A DNA stretch of 64,000 nt from Vermamoeba vermiformis (lineage: Eukaryota). The notes under the pieces were generated by a model. It was not told where the DNA came from, did no database searches, and was given only the letters and a program-made list of their open reading frames with translations. Location of the stretch: NCBI GenBank assembly GCA_045837725.1, contig JBEWZL010000213.1, forward strand, positions 62,001 to 126,000. Direction: 5' to 3'. The position numbers and the translations under genes were made by a program. This document shows positions 38,301 through 52,819 of the stretch, in pieces. Each line of letters begins with the position of its first letter. Within the stretch, counting starts at the first letter, position 1.

Positions 38301-39403
38301 AGACCAGGTCCTAATATTTTTGAAAAACCTCCTAAGTAGATCACGTGGTCTGAGGCGAGCTCGAAAATAGTGCTCGGTCTAAAAATAATTATTAAATTAA
38401 TTCAAAGCAACAAAAGTGCATATTTCGGCCATACTATTGCTTAATATAAATAATTTAGTGAATTTTATGACTTACTTGAAATTTCCAAAGTGGATAAGGT
38501 CGTACGGATTGTCCTCAATAATAACGCAATCGTATTCTTTAGCCAAATGAGCTAAATTTTGCTTATCGTTGATTGATAGACTATATCCACTAGGTTGAGC
38601 GAAATTACTTGTTAAATAAACCACGCATGAGCCTGTGTAACGGCAAATTAGTCGCGTCAAAAGATGCGAGATTTTAGCGATAAATTATTAATAATACACT
38701 TAAATATAGTATTTAAGTACCTTTTGGGTTATTTTTGACGAGTTTTTCAACTTCAGAAACGCGTTCAAATTGATGGCAATGGATCCCTTTCGATTTCCAC
38801 TCTTTAGCGCTTCTAATGGCACCAAAGAACGAAGGTGCTTGTAATATAGCGTGCTTTCGATTGGAATCTTCTAACAAGAAGTCAAACACGAGATTGATAG
38901 CTTGTTGTCCAGAGGACGTTACGCGCACCGATTCCTAAAATTAAATTATCGTCAAACCAGTAACTTGAAGACCTTAGTCCTATCATTTCACCTTATTTGA
39001 AAGGTTAAGTAAAATAGCATTGATAAGCGATTGATTTGATTGCTCCAAGATAAATTTGTCTCGTCAAGATCCAAACGTCAGAGAGTTAAATTTAAGTCAA
39101 ATTATCTAAACGATATTTTACCAAATATTTTCGCTTTGCTTTAAAGTACTAAAGGCAGTCAAAAGGTGTATTAAATTTAAAATTCAAAATAATTTGCTAG
39201 CGGTCTAAATTCGCACTACTTACGGCAGCTAAATGAGGGAAATGCATCTTAATGATATGTTCTCGAAGTTTTATCTCTCCTTTAGCATCACCGTAGTGTA
39301 AGAGCTCGCGCACATCCACTCGTGACAAAGCATCTTGTAGAATCCGCTCCAAGAAGGGGATTGACCCTAACGAGCCACTAGTGAAGCTGATCTTGTCTGT
39401 CAT
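35367..39403 (-). CDS. Four-domain fusion enzyme (~1029 aa): class I/II PLP aminotransferase - CoaB/DFP-like - class II aldolase/adducin-like - class I SAM methyltransferase
   Basis: 12 exons, all GT-AG and phase-compatible: 39403-39224, 38934-38721, 38632-38476, 38378-37810, 37743-37387, 37340-37206, 37152-36999, 36946-36453, 36395-36290, 36234-36031, 35975-35717, 35627-35367 (3090 nt). Motifs EDNPY, FSKILGPGLRIG, KKWSPTTFLVGF, IVHAH/DHG and ILDLACGTG. Confidence 0.85.
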
Positions 39404-39840
39404 TGTTCATATTTTTAAACAATAGTCTTTTTGGCGTTTTTGTTTCACGTCAGAAAAATCCCCAAAAAGTTTGAACTTCTTCATCCACAACCACAATTGT
39501 GTTTGCGAAATTAATAGCATTTGCTGAGTATAGATATTTATTAAGGTATATAGTATCATATAATCCGTCGAAGCGCAGTGTTCTCGAACTAACCGTTTCA
39601 TCCGATCACACGAAACAAAATCCGTTACAAAATTCAATAATGCATATTAATGACTATACATAAAGATCTTATTGAAAGTATACATTAATGAGCCCATTTC
39701 TATTGAAATAATCGTGGCTATTTTTAACTTTAAAAATTATCGCCTTTCATTAGACGAAGCTTTTGCGGTGAAGAGTAACTCAGCTCTCAGTTACAATTAC
39801 TACAAACATGACTATATTAGATTTGTAATATATTTACGCC

Positions 39841-42800
39841 ATGCAATCTAATAATAATCCAACGAGTTCTAATACGCCGGCCAATAATGTTCCCAATGGC
39901 TCGAGCAATGAACAAAGTAATCGAAGCTACACGCCTAAGCCTTCAAGGGAGCCAGGCAATGGCCCAGATAATGTAGATTCGTATGACCAAGGTCCTGGAT
40001 CAGGGTAAGTTTGTTTTTTCGCGGTTACCAGAACTAATCCATTCTTTCAATAATCATATATATTTGTATATTTGCGTTTATAATTACATATATATGGTGT
40101 ACTAATTATATTAGGGGTATATGAATTTTTAAAAGCATTACTAAGCCCAAATTTTGTTTATTATAATATTCTGGATTCTTCGCCGACTATTCCAAACATT
40201 TAAAAAATGAAATACCGTCATATAATAACATATTATAATTATATAGAGGAAGATATGGTGGTCCCTACTCGCGGGACTTCAGAGATCGCGACGATCGAGG
40301 CCGATCGAGGTTTACCGGGTAATTCAATTATTATCGAAGTTTATGAATAATACGTACTTACATTATACTATTATAGTAGCTTTAATTCATATAGAAGACC
40401 TTCTAGACCTCGTGATGAGCTCAGTCCTCCTCCCGCGAAAAGAAGAAAATTAGACGGTGATGATCCAGACCTGCCGCCATTCAAAAGATACGATGATTCA
40501 CCACCTTATTATAACAACAATAGATATGGCAGTCATTATAACTCATATGATAGGCAATCAGATTGTGAGTATCGAATATTAAGCAAACTACGATAATTTT
40601 CAAAAGTTATTGATCTGGTTAAAATCACCGGTCTTATAATTCATTCGTGACATTATATAGTTGCCATATTAATATACGTGATGCTAATTATGCTTATAGT
40701 TAACAATAAGGACCGTTATTTGTCGAACTCGGGTCCGCCATCTCGACCGTACAACAACTACAATAACCAAGACAAGCCTTTTTATCAACGCGACAGAAAT
40801 TTCCGCGAAGATTACAGACCACGTCAGAACTTTGGGTATGCAAATAGAACAACGATTTATATAGTAGTACTAACTCCTTATAGCAACAAACGTTTCTTCT
40901 CACGCGGCGGAGGTCCTCATAAAATGGGCCGTGGCGGAGGTTGGTATCAAAACAGAGATGACCGCCACGAAGGAGGAGGCTACAGAGACACGCCTTATGA
41001 ACGACGAGACCGCTGGGCGCCACGTGGTCGATATGACGACCGAGGTGGATGGGACAGAGACAATTACCGCAACGAAAACAAAGATCGCTGGAACAATTAC
41101 AACCCACGGTACAGACGCGACGATCGGGACAACAACGATACCGGCCGTGAAAGTCCTCGTGGCCGTCGACTGTCAACTTCACGATCACGCTCTAGATCTC
41201 GTTCTCGATCTCGCTCCAGATCGCGATCTTACTCCCCGTCATCTCCGAACTACGGTGCATCTCCCAGTTCGCCGAGATACGCGCCCACATCACCTCCAGT
41301 GGCGTCTCGAAGTCGTAGTGCGTCACCAGCGCCATTAAATGCAGACAACAAATACGCACCTACTTCACCTGTCTACGCAAGAGAGCGTTCACCGCCACCT
41401 CTTAGGGCAGAAAACAGATACGCCCCGACATCCCCCACTTACTCGCCAAGTTCACCTGTGAGTACCTCACCTTACCGAGCAACTTCACCGCCACCCTATG
41501 CCCCGACTTCACCTGTGTACACTACCAATAGCACCCGACCAGCGGATAATAAGTATGGTGGACCTTCTTCGCCGAGTTACTCACGTGACCGCTCTCCTCC
41601 ACCACGCGAACAATCGCCACCGCGCATGCGTGACAGAGCACCGTTGTTACCACTTCGTGATCGATCACCGCCACCACGTGACAACTCACCTCCACCCAGA
41701 GAAAGGTCTCCTTATGTCCGCGATAGATCTCCGCCTCCACGTGGTCGATCTCCATTCAATCGTGATAGATCACCCCCTCCACGTGACAGATCGCCACGCT
41801 ACTCGCCTCCACGTTACTCGCGCTCACCTTCACCTCGTGGACGATCACCAATGCGCGACCGATCTCCGCCTCCTCGTCACGATTCATTCTTCGGAGGATA
41901 TCGACGACCATTCCAACCACGTGACAGAAGAAGTCGATCGAACTCACCTCCCCCAAGATCTCCGCCATACAGCCCACGAGGCCGTTATGGTCCCCCTCGT
42001 AACATGCCTGCACCGAGACCGATGAAGCCTGTGCCTACCAATTCGCTCAGCAACAGCGGTCCTTCACCGAGTCCCTCACCTGGTCTGCCAGACGCGTCCA
42101 AGAGCAATTCTTCGTCGCAGAAAACACCCACAGCGAGCCCTGTCAAGCCTGTAAATCCCAGCCCTGTCAAGCCACCCTTGTCCTCGCCAGTTCAATCTAG
42201 TCCAAGTTTCTCACGTGGCGCTGCGTCTACTTTGCGACATAGCGTGGCTGGCTCTCACCCAGCTGCCCCAGCTAACGGCAAAAGCGCTCGTCGTGACATG
42301 ATCTTGATTGAAATTGACAACAAAGACAACGAGATCATGAAGGCCATGAAAGAGCTCGAAGATTTGAAGAAAGAGAAAGACAGGCTGTTCAAGGTCTTGG
42401 CTGCTAAGAGAGAACAACTCGAGGCTGAGATGAAGAAAGCCAACGAGCCTAAAGAGCCAGTTGAAGAAGACAAAAAAGTTCCCACGCAATCTGCGGAAGA
42501 GCTGCAAAAGGCTGCCGAGCAAGAAGAAAAGAGATTACGCGACTCAGTCAGCGAACAAAGCAAGTTCGTGCAAATGGATATGGACGCATCTAAGCCCTTA
42601 TTCGAGCGCATTACGGAGTATAACAAGAAGATGGCCAGTTCAGCTTTGGATCCGCTCAAAAAACTGTTCCCGTTCGAAACTCCCAAGGCAGTCTTCCAAG
42701 GCAAAGAACTCTCAGTCAAGTTTAAACACCTCTCTGAGATGCCTTTCTTGATGGACAACTTCAAGGTCTTTGACAAACTACGCCCTGCGTTGATCCGAAT

Positions 42801-45800
42801 CCGTCAAAAACGCGTTGTGGATGCGCGCGAACGCGAGAGAAAGATCCGCGACAAGTACGTTAACTTGGTGCACAAATGGAAAAGACGTTTGCAACAACAA
42901 AGACAGCTGCGTCGTCAACAAAAGCTTGAAGAAGAAATTAAGAAGCAAGCTGCTGCTGATCGAGGTAAGTTTTCAGATCGAGCCGCTGATCGGATCGGAT
43001 GTAGCGAGTTCTTGCTTAGTAAGTGGTGACCCGAACACGATGTTGCAAAGCGTCTCGGGCACGACCACACTAACAAGAATGCACCGCTTCCCGTCCGATC
43101 AGCGAAGTTAAGCTTGTTCAGGCCTTCTTAGTACTGGGGTAGGAGACTACCTGGGAATCGGAGGTGTTGTGCTCTTTACTTTTTGTTTTTGCTTCGTGTC
43201 ATAATACCCGACACTCACTATTATTTTTAATAGAAGGAAAAGGTCGAGGACGTGTTATTGGTCGTCGATTGACTTTGAGATCTTCTGCCAAGGCGATCAA
43301 CAGCAAAGATATGCCGGCGCAAATAGATCTTGGAGAAGAAGGCGAGAGTTATCAATACAGCGCACAAGAAGAAAAGCTTAGGCGTTTGCAAGAAAAGAAA
43401 GACTTCGAGTCTCGTTTCTTGCGAACACTCGCCATCGTGCCTGCCATGATCGTAGATCCAGATCGCAAGAAGCTGAAGTTCATCGATAACAATAGACTAG
43501 TAGAAGATAGTATTGCTGCTTACAAGGAATATCGTTCACGACACTTGTGGTCCGAGGAAGAAGAAGAGATTTTTGTCAAGTACTATCTCAAGTACCCCAA
43601 GGACTTCGTTAGGATTGCTTCGTACTTGCCTAACAAGTCTACCAAGGACGTCATCTACTACTATTATAACCACAAGATGCGTCTCAACTTGAAAGAACGT
43701 GCCCGTGCTGAAGACGAGGAACGAAGACGAAGCGATCCGACACGTGGCAGGTACCTCGATGAGACTGAAATGCACACGTTTGGCACGTCTGTCGATTGGG
43801 TGAATGGCTCGAGTCGACGAGGATCTATTCGTCTCTCAGACAAGCCTGCTGTCAATTACTCAGAGCGCACAGCCCTCCCCGTCATGACGCCCCCGCCTCC
43901 GATGGACAGAAGAAGACTTGACATCCCTGAAAGACCGTCTTCAGCCCCTGGTCCTGACGAAGCAACGCGATGGTCTGAAGCAGAAAAAGAATTGTTCAAG
44001 ATTCATTTTGCCAAGCATCTTAAGGACTTCAAGGCCATTTCAGACGAGATCAAAACGAAGAACATTGCGCAAGTCAAGAACTTCTATCATAACAATAAGA
44101 GGAAGTTAGGGCTCGATAAGATCCTCATGGACGCTACAAACGCCCAGGCTGCCGCAGAAAAGGCTGCCGAAAAAGCAGCGGCGCAAGCTCAACAAGCCGT
44201 AGCAAAACCAGCCCCACTGCCTGTAGTACCAGCCATTCCAACAAGCAACACGCCACCGCCGGGCGCAGGTGCAGCTAAAGGCCGTCGAGGCAGACCTAGA
44301 AATACCTCGAAATCAGTTACACCGACAAACACAGCGCCATCTGCTTTTGCGATGCCAACAGGTCCGACTGTAATGACGCAGCAACAACCGAGTCAACAGG
44401 CCAATCTCAACGTTGTGTTGCCAACATCAGCTCCACAGCCTTCAACTCCTACCACGAGCCCTCCAGTCCAACGTGCCGCGACACCTGTCGTTAAAGAGAG
44501 CACCTCGCCGCTGATCCAGCCTATGAAAGCCCCTTCCAAAGACAGCAACGACAAGATTTTGACGAGCTCGCACTGGACAGACGGTGAAAAACAGATGTTT
44601 TTGCAGTACCTCACCGTTCACGGCAAGAACTGGAAGATGTTGTCGGATCTGATTCCCACGAAGACTGTCAACCAGATCAAGAACTATTACCAGAACTACC
44701 GCAACAAGCTTAACCTCGATGAATTGTTGCCCGAAAGTGATCGCAACGCTGGCCGTGGTCGCGGCAAGAAACGCGGCAACTTGAGCAGACCTCGCGGTCG
44801 TCCACGCAAGCCCAAGGACGAAGAATCAGGTGCCTCCACACTTGCTTCACTTGATGCTCCAGCTCGTCGTTCTCGCATCTCATCGCTGTTGAATGACTCG
44901 GATACATTGGAAGACATTCGAGCCAGCGACCTCCGTGGCCATGACGATGACGAGGACAGCATGATGGGTACGTAAATACACTTGATAATGATTAGGGATG
45001 TATACTAACGATAGCATTTAGATGACAACTACGAAGATGACGACGAGGGCGGTGATGTTATGGACGTGGATTACAGCGAGAATAGCGTCATTGAGAACGA
45101 AACCAGTCAAGACGTCAAGTCGTACAACAACGCGCACGATGAACGAAGCGAGAGAGAAGTGATCACGAATGAGAACACTAACACTAGTGTCAACAACACT
45201 AACAGCAACGCTGCCTTTACTGACGCTGAGCAAATGGACACGAGTGACTCGGTTGCACAGACCAAACAAGTCGAGCCAGCCGTTGAGACCTCTTCTCAGC
45301 CGAAACATGAAGACAAGCCACAAGAGAAACCTGAGCAACAGCACACTGAAGCTAAGGTTGAACACGTCGAGGAGAAATCGCACGACGTGCTTCAAGTGCC
45401 CGAACAAGTGTCAGAACAAGCCGCCCCAAAGTCCGAACCAGCTCCCTTGGCTGAGCCTGTGTCTGAAGCTCCAAAGGCCGAGCCCCTGGTGCCAGAGAAA
45501 GCTGTTGAAGAGAATTCCTCGAGCGCTAAAATGACCGAGGACGTTGAGATGTCTGAAGCTCCTCAAGACCAAGCTGAAGAACGTCAAGAGGCTGAAGTCC
45601 CAGTTCAAGAACAGCCCGTAGCTGAAACTAGCGAAGTTCCTGAGCAGCATAATGCACAAAGCAGCCAGCCCTCAGTGCCAGAACAACACGTCGAAGTCCC
45701 TGCAGATAATACTAGTGCTCCTGTGGTCGCTGCAAGTGAGCCTGAAGCGTTGGAAAAAGATGACAGCGCGACGGTGCCTAACGCTGCTGTTCAAGAAAGT

Positions 45801-45866
45801 AACGAAGGCAAAGCTGATGCAGAGTCTGTGTACGATCCTACCGAACCTACTGACGATGCGCATTAA
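39841..45866 (+). CDS. N-CoR/SMRT/SNT1-like co-repressor with three SANT/Myb domains, AT-hooks and RS/SP-rich low-complexity regions
   Basis: DAD-like AIVPAMI..KFIDNNRLVED followed by SANT WSEEEEEIFVKYYLKYPKDF..YYY. Two more SANT domains (WSEAEKELF, WTDGEKQMF), a coiled coil IDNKDNEI, and AT-hooks RGRPR. Confidence 0.85.
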
Positions 45867-46025
45867 GTTGACATAATATTATTGCGAACTTAGTTGTATA
45901 AATAGAGATTCTTAAGCCAAGCAACTTCCAAGCGTTTTTTTCTGTTACTTTTACAAGAATTTTATTTACATCGCGAATGAACAATGACCAGACCGTAATG
46001 CTAGTACTTGCTTAATGTAATGTAG

Positions 46026-47797
46026 TTAAGAGCTAGTTTCTTTTTCCTGATACTTGCTTTGCTTCACCTTTTTCTTTTGCTTCTTTGGTTTCAGGTTCTC
46101 TTGCTTCTCTTCGGCATTCTCAGATTTCTCCTCTTCGGGCTTTGTCGATTGTTGTTGCTCTATTGCTTGCATTTTAGCCTCTTTTTCTTGCTTATTCTTG
46201 ACCATTTGTCGGATCTGTAGATCAGTCATCGCTAATCCACCTAAATGTCCTCTAAGACGAGAGATACCCGCACCGGTGTATGAACTAAGCATAAATATCT
46301 CGGGCAATGCGTATTTGTACTTCTTAAGCTCCTGGCTAAGCAAATAGTGTCTTCGCGCCAGATCGTCAGCCTTGACCAAATCTGTTTTCGTCATAACGAT
46401 TTGAAACTTGGATTTTATCCTAATAAATGGACATAAGACTTAACTAATAAAGCTATATCAACGAACATACTGGTCAAAGTACGCGAACATCTGTTTGTCA
46501 GCTTGCTTAATCGGAACTCTCGAGTCGATCAGCAGTAAAGTTTTCTTCAACGAGGTCCTCTCTGATAAGTAATGATAGATCTAGTATAAGTTCCTATTAG
46601 TATCAATATAACAACCATCCTTATTCGTACCATTTGTTGCCAATTCGATTTTGTATCTTCTCCTGCGTAAGCGAATCCGTAGCTGCAGCCGATCATTAGA
46701 AATACAGTAAAATAACATCGCTAGTCATATATACATACCCCGGAAGGTCTACTAATAATAATCTATCGGCTATCGAATAGAAATTGGCCGCACGTGTCTC
46801 ACCAGGTTTCGCTACAAAAAAAAGATTAAGATCCGTTAAGACTTGCCAAATATCGCTTCGAATACTTACGCGAAGTTTTTACAATCTTAGAGTTTGCTAA
46901 AGCATTAATCAAGCTTGATTTACCGACGTTACTTCGTCCTATCAAAGTTGTAAGTGTCAAAAAGTAATTTGACGTCAAATTGAGTCTTCAAGACGTACCA
47001 ACAAAAGCTACTTCGGGAATGAATTTTGGCGGCAATTCTTCTTTTTTTGAGGCACTATATACAAGACGAAGTTTCTTTTGAAAGAACTGTGGATCTGAGA
47101 GTTAGTCATTGGCTTAAGATTGAGATTATGCCGGTACGTGCCTTATCAGCAGGAGTTAATTCAGAATTTTCCATATTTTTTATCGAATTTTGCTTTTTTA
47201 AGCCTTTTTGATATCGCTGCATGGCGAGTTTTTCAGTCTGAATGAACTTCAAGATCTTTTGATCTACTGGCGTCATTTTGAACAGCTTGTTTGCCGATAG
47301 CTTAGCGTTGGGATCCTATGGGATAATATTAGTATTCACTCATTCATTTGTGGCTTAAAACACGTTTCTGTTTCAGACTGAGATTTGGATCGGATCCAAA
47401 GATCGCTCAATCGCGATTTGGAAGCGTGATAATAGTTGCAGGTAAATACCGCGTTTATAAAGTTAATAATACTAATTCCATGAGGAATAAGTGAGCTCAC
47501 CTTGGGTTTCTGTTTTAGATGCCATTTTTCTCTGTGGATGGCGGTGAGTTTGGCAAGCAACTTTGTTGGCTTCTCAATCTCCTCGGGGTTTGATATATAT
47601 TCGTGCTCTTCTAGATTTTTTTCTAATTTCTCTAATTTCTCTGCCGTTATTTTCTTTTTATTTGTCGTTAGATGGCGTGCTTGGCTTGCTAAACTGATCT
47701 GAAAAATACTGCTCGATGCACTCTTATTATATACATTGGTGTTGGTCAAGATCCGTTGGATCGGGCTTTGTTTAATCGTAAACAAAGATCGGATCAT
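46026..47797 (-). CDS. engB: EngB/YihA family GTPase, probably mitochondrial (GTPBP8-like)
   Basis: G1 GRSNVGKSSLIN, G2 KPGETR, G3 DLPGYG, LLIDSR, G4 TKTD, and a basic/hydroxylated N-terminal presequence. Confidence 0.9.
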
Positions 47798-48065
47798 GCT
47801 CGATCTAAACTGCCAAACACGAGATAAGCAAGGTTATGGCTTAGCACTATACAACTACGATAGACAATGTTAGCGGTAGTTCAGAATCTGGGTCTGTGAT
47901 TGTGGGCCGGAAATTTTGGGCTGAATTTTTTGGCTTGAAAAATTTTGACCGAACAAAAAGCAAATTTTTGCTGCGCTCATTCTTGTATTTTTTATTTGCC
48001 AGCTCCAATAAAAAACCGGATCTCGAAAAACCAAAAAAAATAAAAAATAAGCAAAAAAACAAAAA

Positions 48066-50401
<2,336 letters not shown>

Positions 50402-51070
50402 ATGCCCCACTGAAGAGGAAAGAGCGGAGGCGAGCAAATGGGTTCTTTTGGCTTGCTCGCCCTTCCTCTTTCGCGTCTTCAAAAATAGTCCCTGAAGTTC
50501 CTGTCCCCGTCCCTTACTCAACACACGGCTACTGGTTGTTGGTGGAAACGTTAATCTGCGAAGATTTGGCGATGGATTATGACTATGTTTATTTTTGATC
50601 GTCGCATGAATTCTTCAAGGACAAAACGTTTGTTATTAATAGTTAGTACCGTGTGTTAAAAAAAGCTCCTAAAACGAATAAAAAATACAAAGACCCAAAA
50701 TAGCGTTCATCATGTAACGAACAATCTGCGATCCTTGGACACGGTGGAACTAGATCCCGAGTGAGAGCCTTGCGTCCCTTACTCGACATATAGCTACTAA
50801 CTGTTGGTGGAAGTCTTAATCTGTGAAGACTTGGGCGGGAACGTATGCTTTTATTGTTCACTACCTCTAACTATTTTCAGTACCTGCGCAGCGAGCTTTA
50901 CGCTATTCCCGAATAGTAACCAATCCATGCCAATCAGTGGACGCAAGTAGTAAGTTGCATTTTGGACAATCGGGCAAATCTCCGCTGGTCTGGCTCTGGG
51001 ACACGTGATTACGGTTGAAATTTTTTTTTGTGCGTTATTTACTTGACTCAACTGACGACAACAACAACCG

Positions 51071-52632
51071 ATGAAAGTTTTTATATGTTTAATTGTTGCA
51101 GCTTTGGCAGTCGGAGCGCTCTCAGCGAATCGTCCGGTAAGTAAATCCAGTCCACTCTCCAACCAAAAAACAAAAATCATAGCTGAATTGCTCGCAATAT
51201 TGTCCTTTTGCATATTCTTGCCTAATTAATGCTAATGTATTATCTTTTGTAGTCCTTCACGATTGAACCGCTGGATTGGACCACCAGAACTGGCACTGCA
51301 TTTCCCTATGCTTCCGTCGCGTCCGCAAAAGATCTGCTCGCCTACTATGATTCAGCGTCCAATGCCGTGATTGCAATCAGACGCCGTAACAGCCAAGGAG
51401 GATATGATCTTGTTGCCAACTTCACCGAGTCAGTAAATCCGAGTGTTCACACAAACGGCAAATGGATCTGGACGGAGGAGTCGTCCCTAGTGCTGTTCAA
51501 CATTGACGAGAACAACAAACTCTCCAAACCAAACTCTTTTCCGCCGAGTGGCGGAAACGTTCTCTCTGACGACACTTTTGTTGCCTTCGATCCGGATAGT
51601 CCCGATGGCAACTACACGATCAAAACGTACCAGTACTACCCCTCGAACAGTACTTGGATTCCCATTCCTGGCACCGAACTCAACGTCACTACTCCCGTTA
51701 AATCCTCGTACGACCTGCAGTCTTATCGCGTCTACGACAATCACTTGGTACTCACTGACATGACGGATCCGAACAACGTCTCTGTCAAAATCTATCAACG
51801 ACAGCCGGATAAGTCGTGGAGTCTCACTGACACTATTCCAGTAGTCAACATCAATGTCGATTCTTGGTCAGTTAGCGTCCATTACAATCAAGTTGACACA
51901 GTCGTTTTTGTTGTCATGACAACAGGTGCTGACAATAGCGAAGGCATAGTGTACATTTATACCAAGAAGAACGATGTGTGGAACGAGCAGGTGTTCTATG
52001 CGACAAATGTTGGCTATAATCCTGTAGGCAATCTCGGCGCATCGGTTGCGTTCATCGACGCCAATACACTGCTCCTTTCTGCTGGCACTGAGAGCTACAT
52101 CAGCAGAGCACCAATGAATATTGGCAAAGTGTTGATGCTCACCAGAAACGACGGGGGTGATTGGACACCTCACCTTGACATCGTCGGCAACGGTGCAGAT
52201 ATCTTCGGCCTCAGCATCGCTGTGAATGACTACGATTTGATTGTTCATGAATATTCGCTAGTCACGAAGTCCGGCAGATTCAGAGTCTACACTGCACCTC
52301 TCTGCTTCGCTCGACCGTTCAATGTCACGTGCAAAAACGAACAAGTCAGCGACTGCTCTTCGCTCGCAAACACGGATCTGTACACCATCAACTCATCGCC
52401 TCGCTGCGGTACTATCACTCCATTCTTTAATGGCCTCAGCGTCCTCAATTCGAAGGTCGAAGCTCAGTTCACCTTCACTCGCTTTGGAGAAGACTTCTCT
52501 TGCAATGCGACGTTGACTTGCGGGGCTGCGAGCACTCCAATCAGAGCACCGGCGAAGAGTACGAGCAGTGCATCGATTGTTCAACTCGGTCTCGCTTCGC
52601 TTGGAGTGTTCCTTGCTGCTATTTGGATGTAA
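51071..52632 (+). CDS. Secreted beta-propeller (FG-GAP-like) surface protein, probable GPI anchor
   Basis: Signal peptide MKVFICLIVAALAVGALS, one intron, GIVYIY/LGASVA/FGLSIAV blades, a small Cys-rich domain, an S/T/A stalk and a hydrophobic C-terminus. Confidence 0.75.
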
Positions 52633-52819
52633 AATTGAATCCTTATTCGGCACCAGTAAACCACGTTCTGGAGATCTCACTTAAGAAGATTTTTCTTTTG
52701 TTTGCACGTGTCACGCTGTCAGATATTCTAGCGTTCTAAACTAAGCAACACAACAACGAATTAATACAGCTCATCTTAGTTCGTTTTGATACGATTTGGA
52801 AGCAGCTATTTATGTCAAA

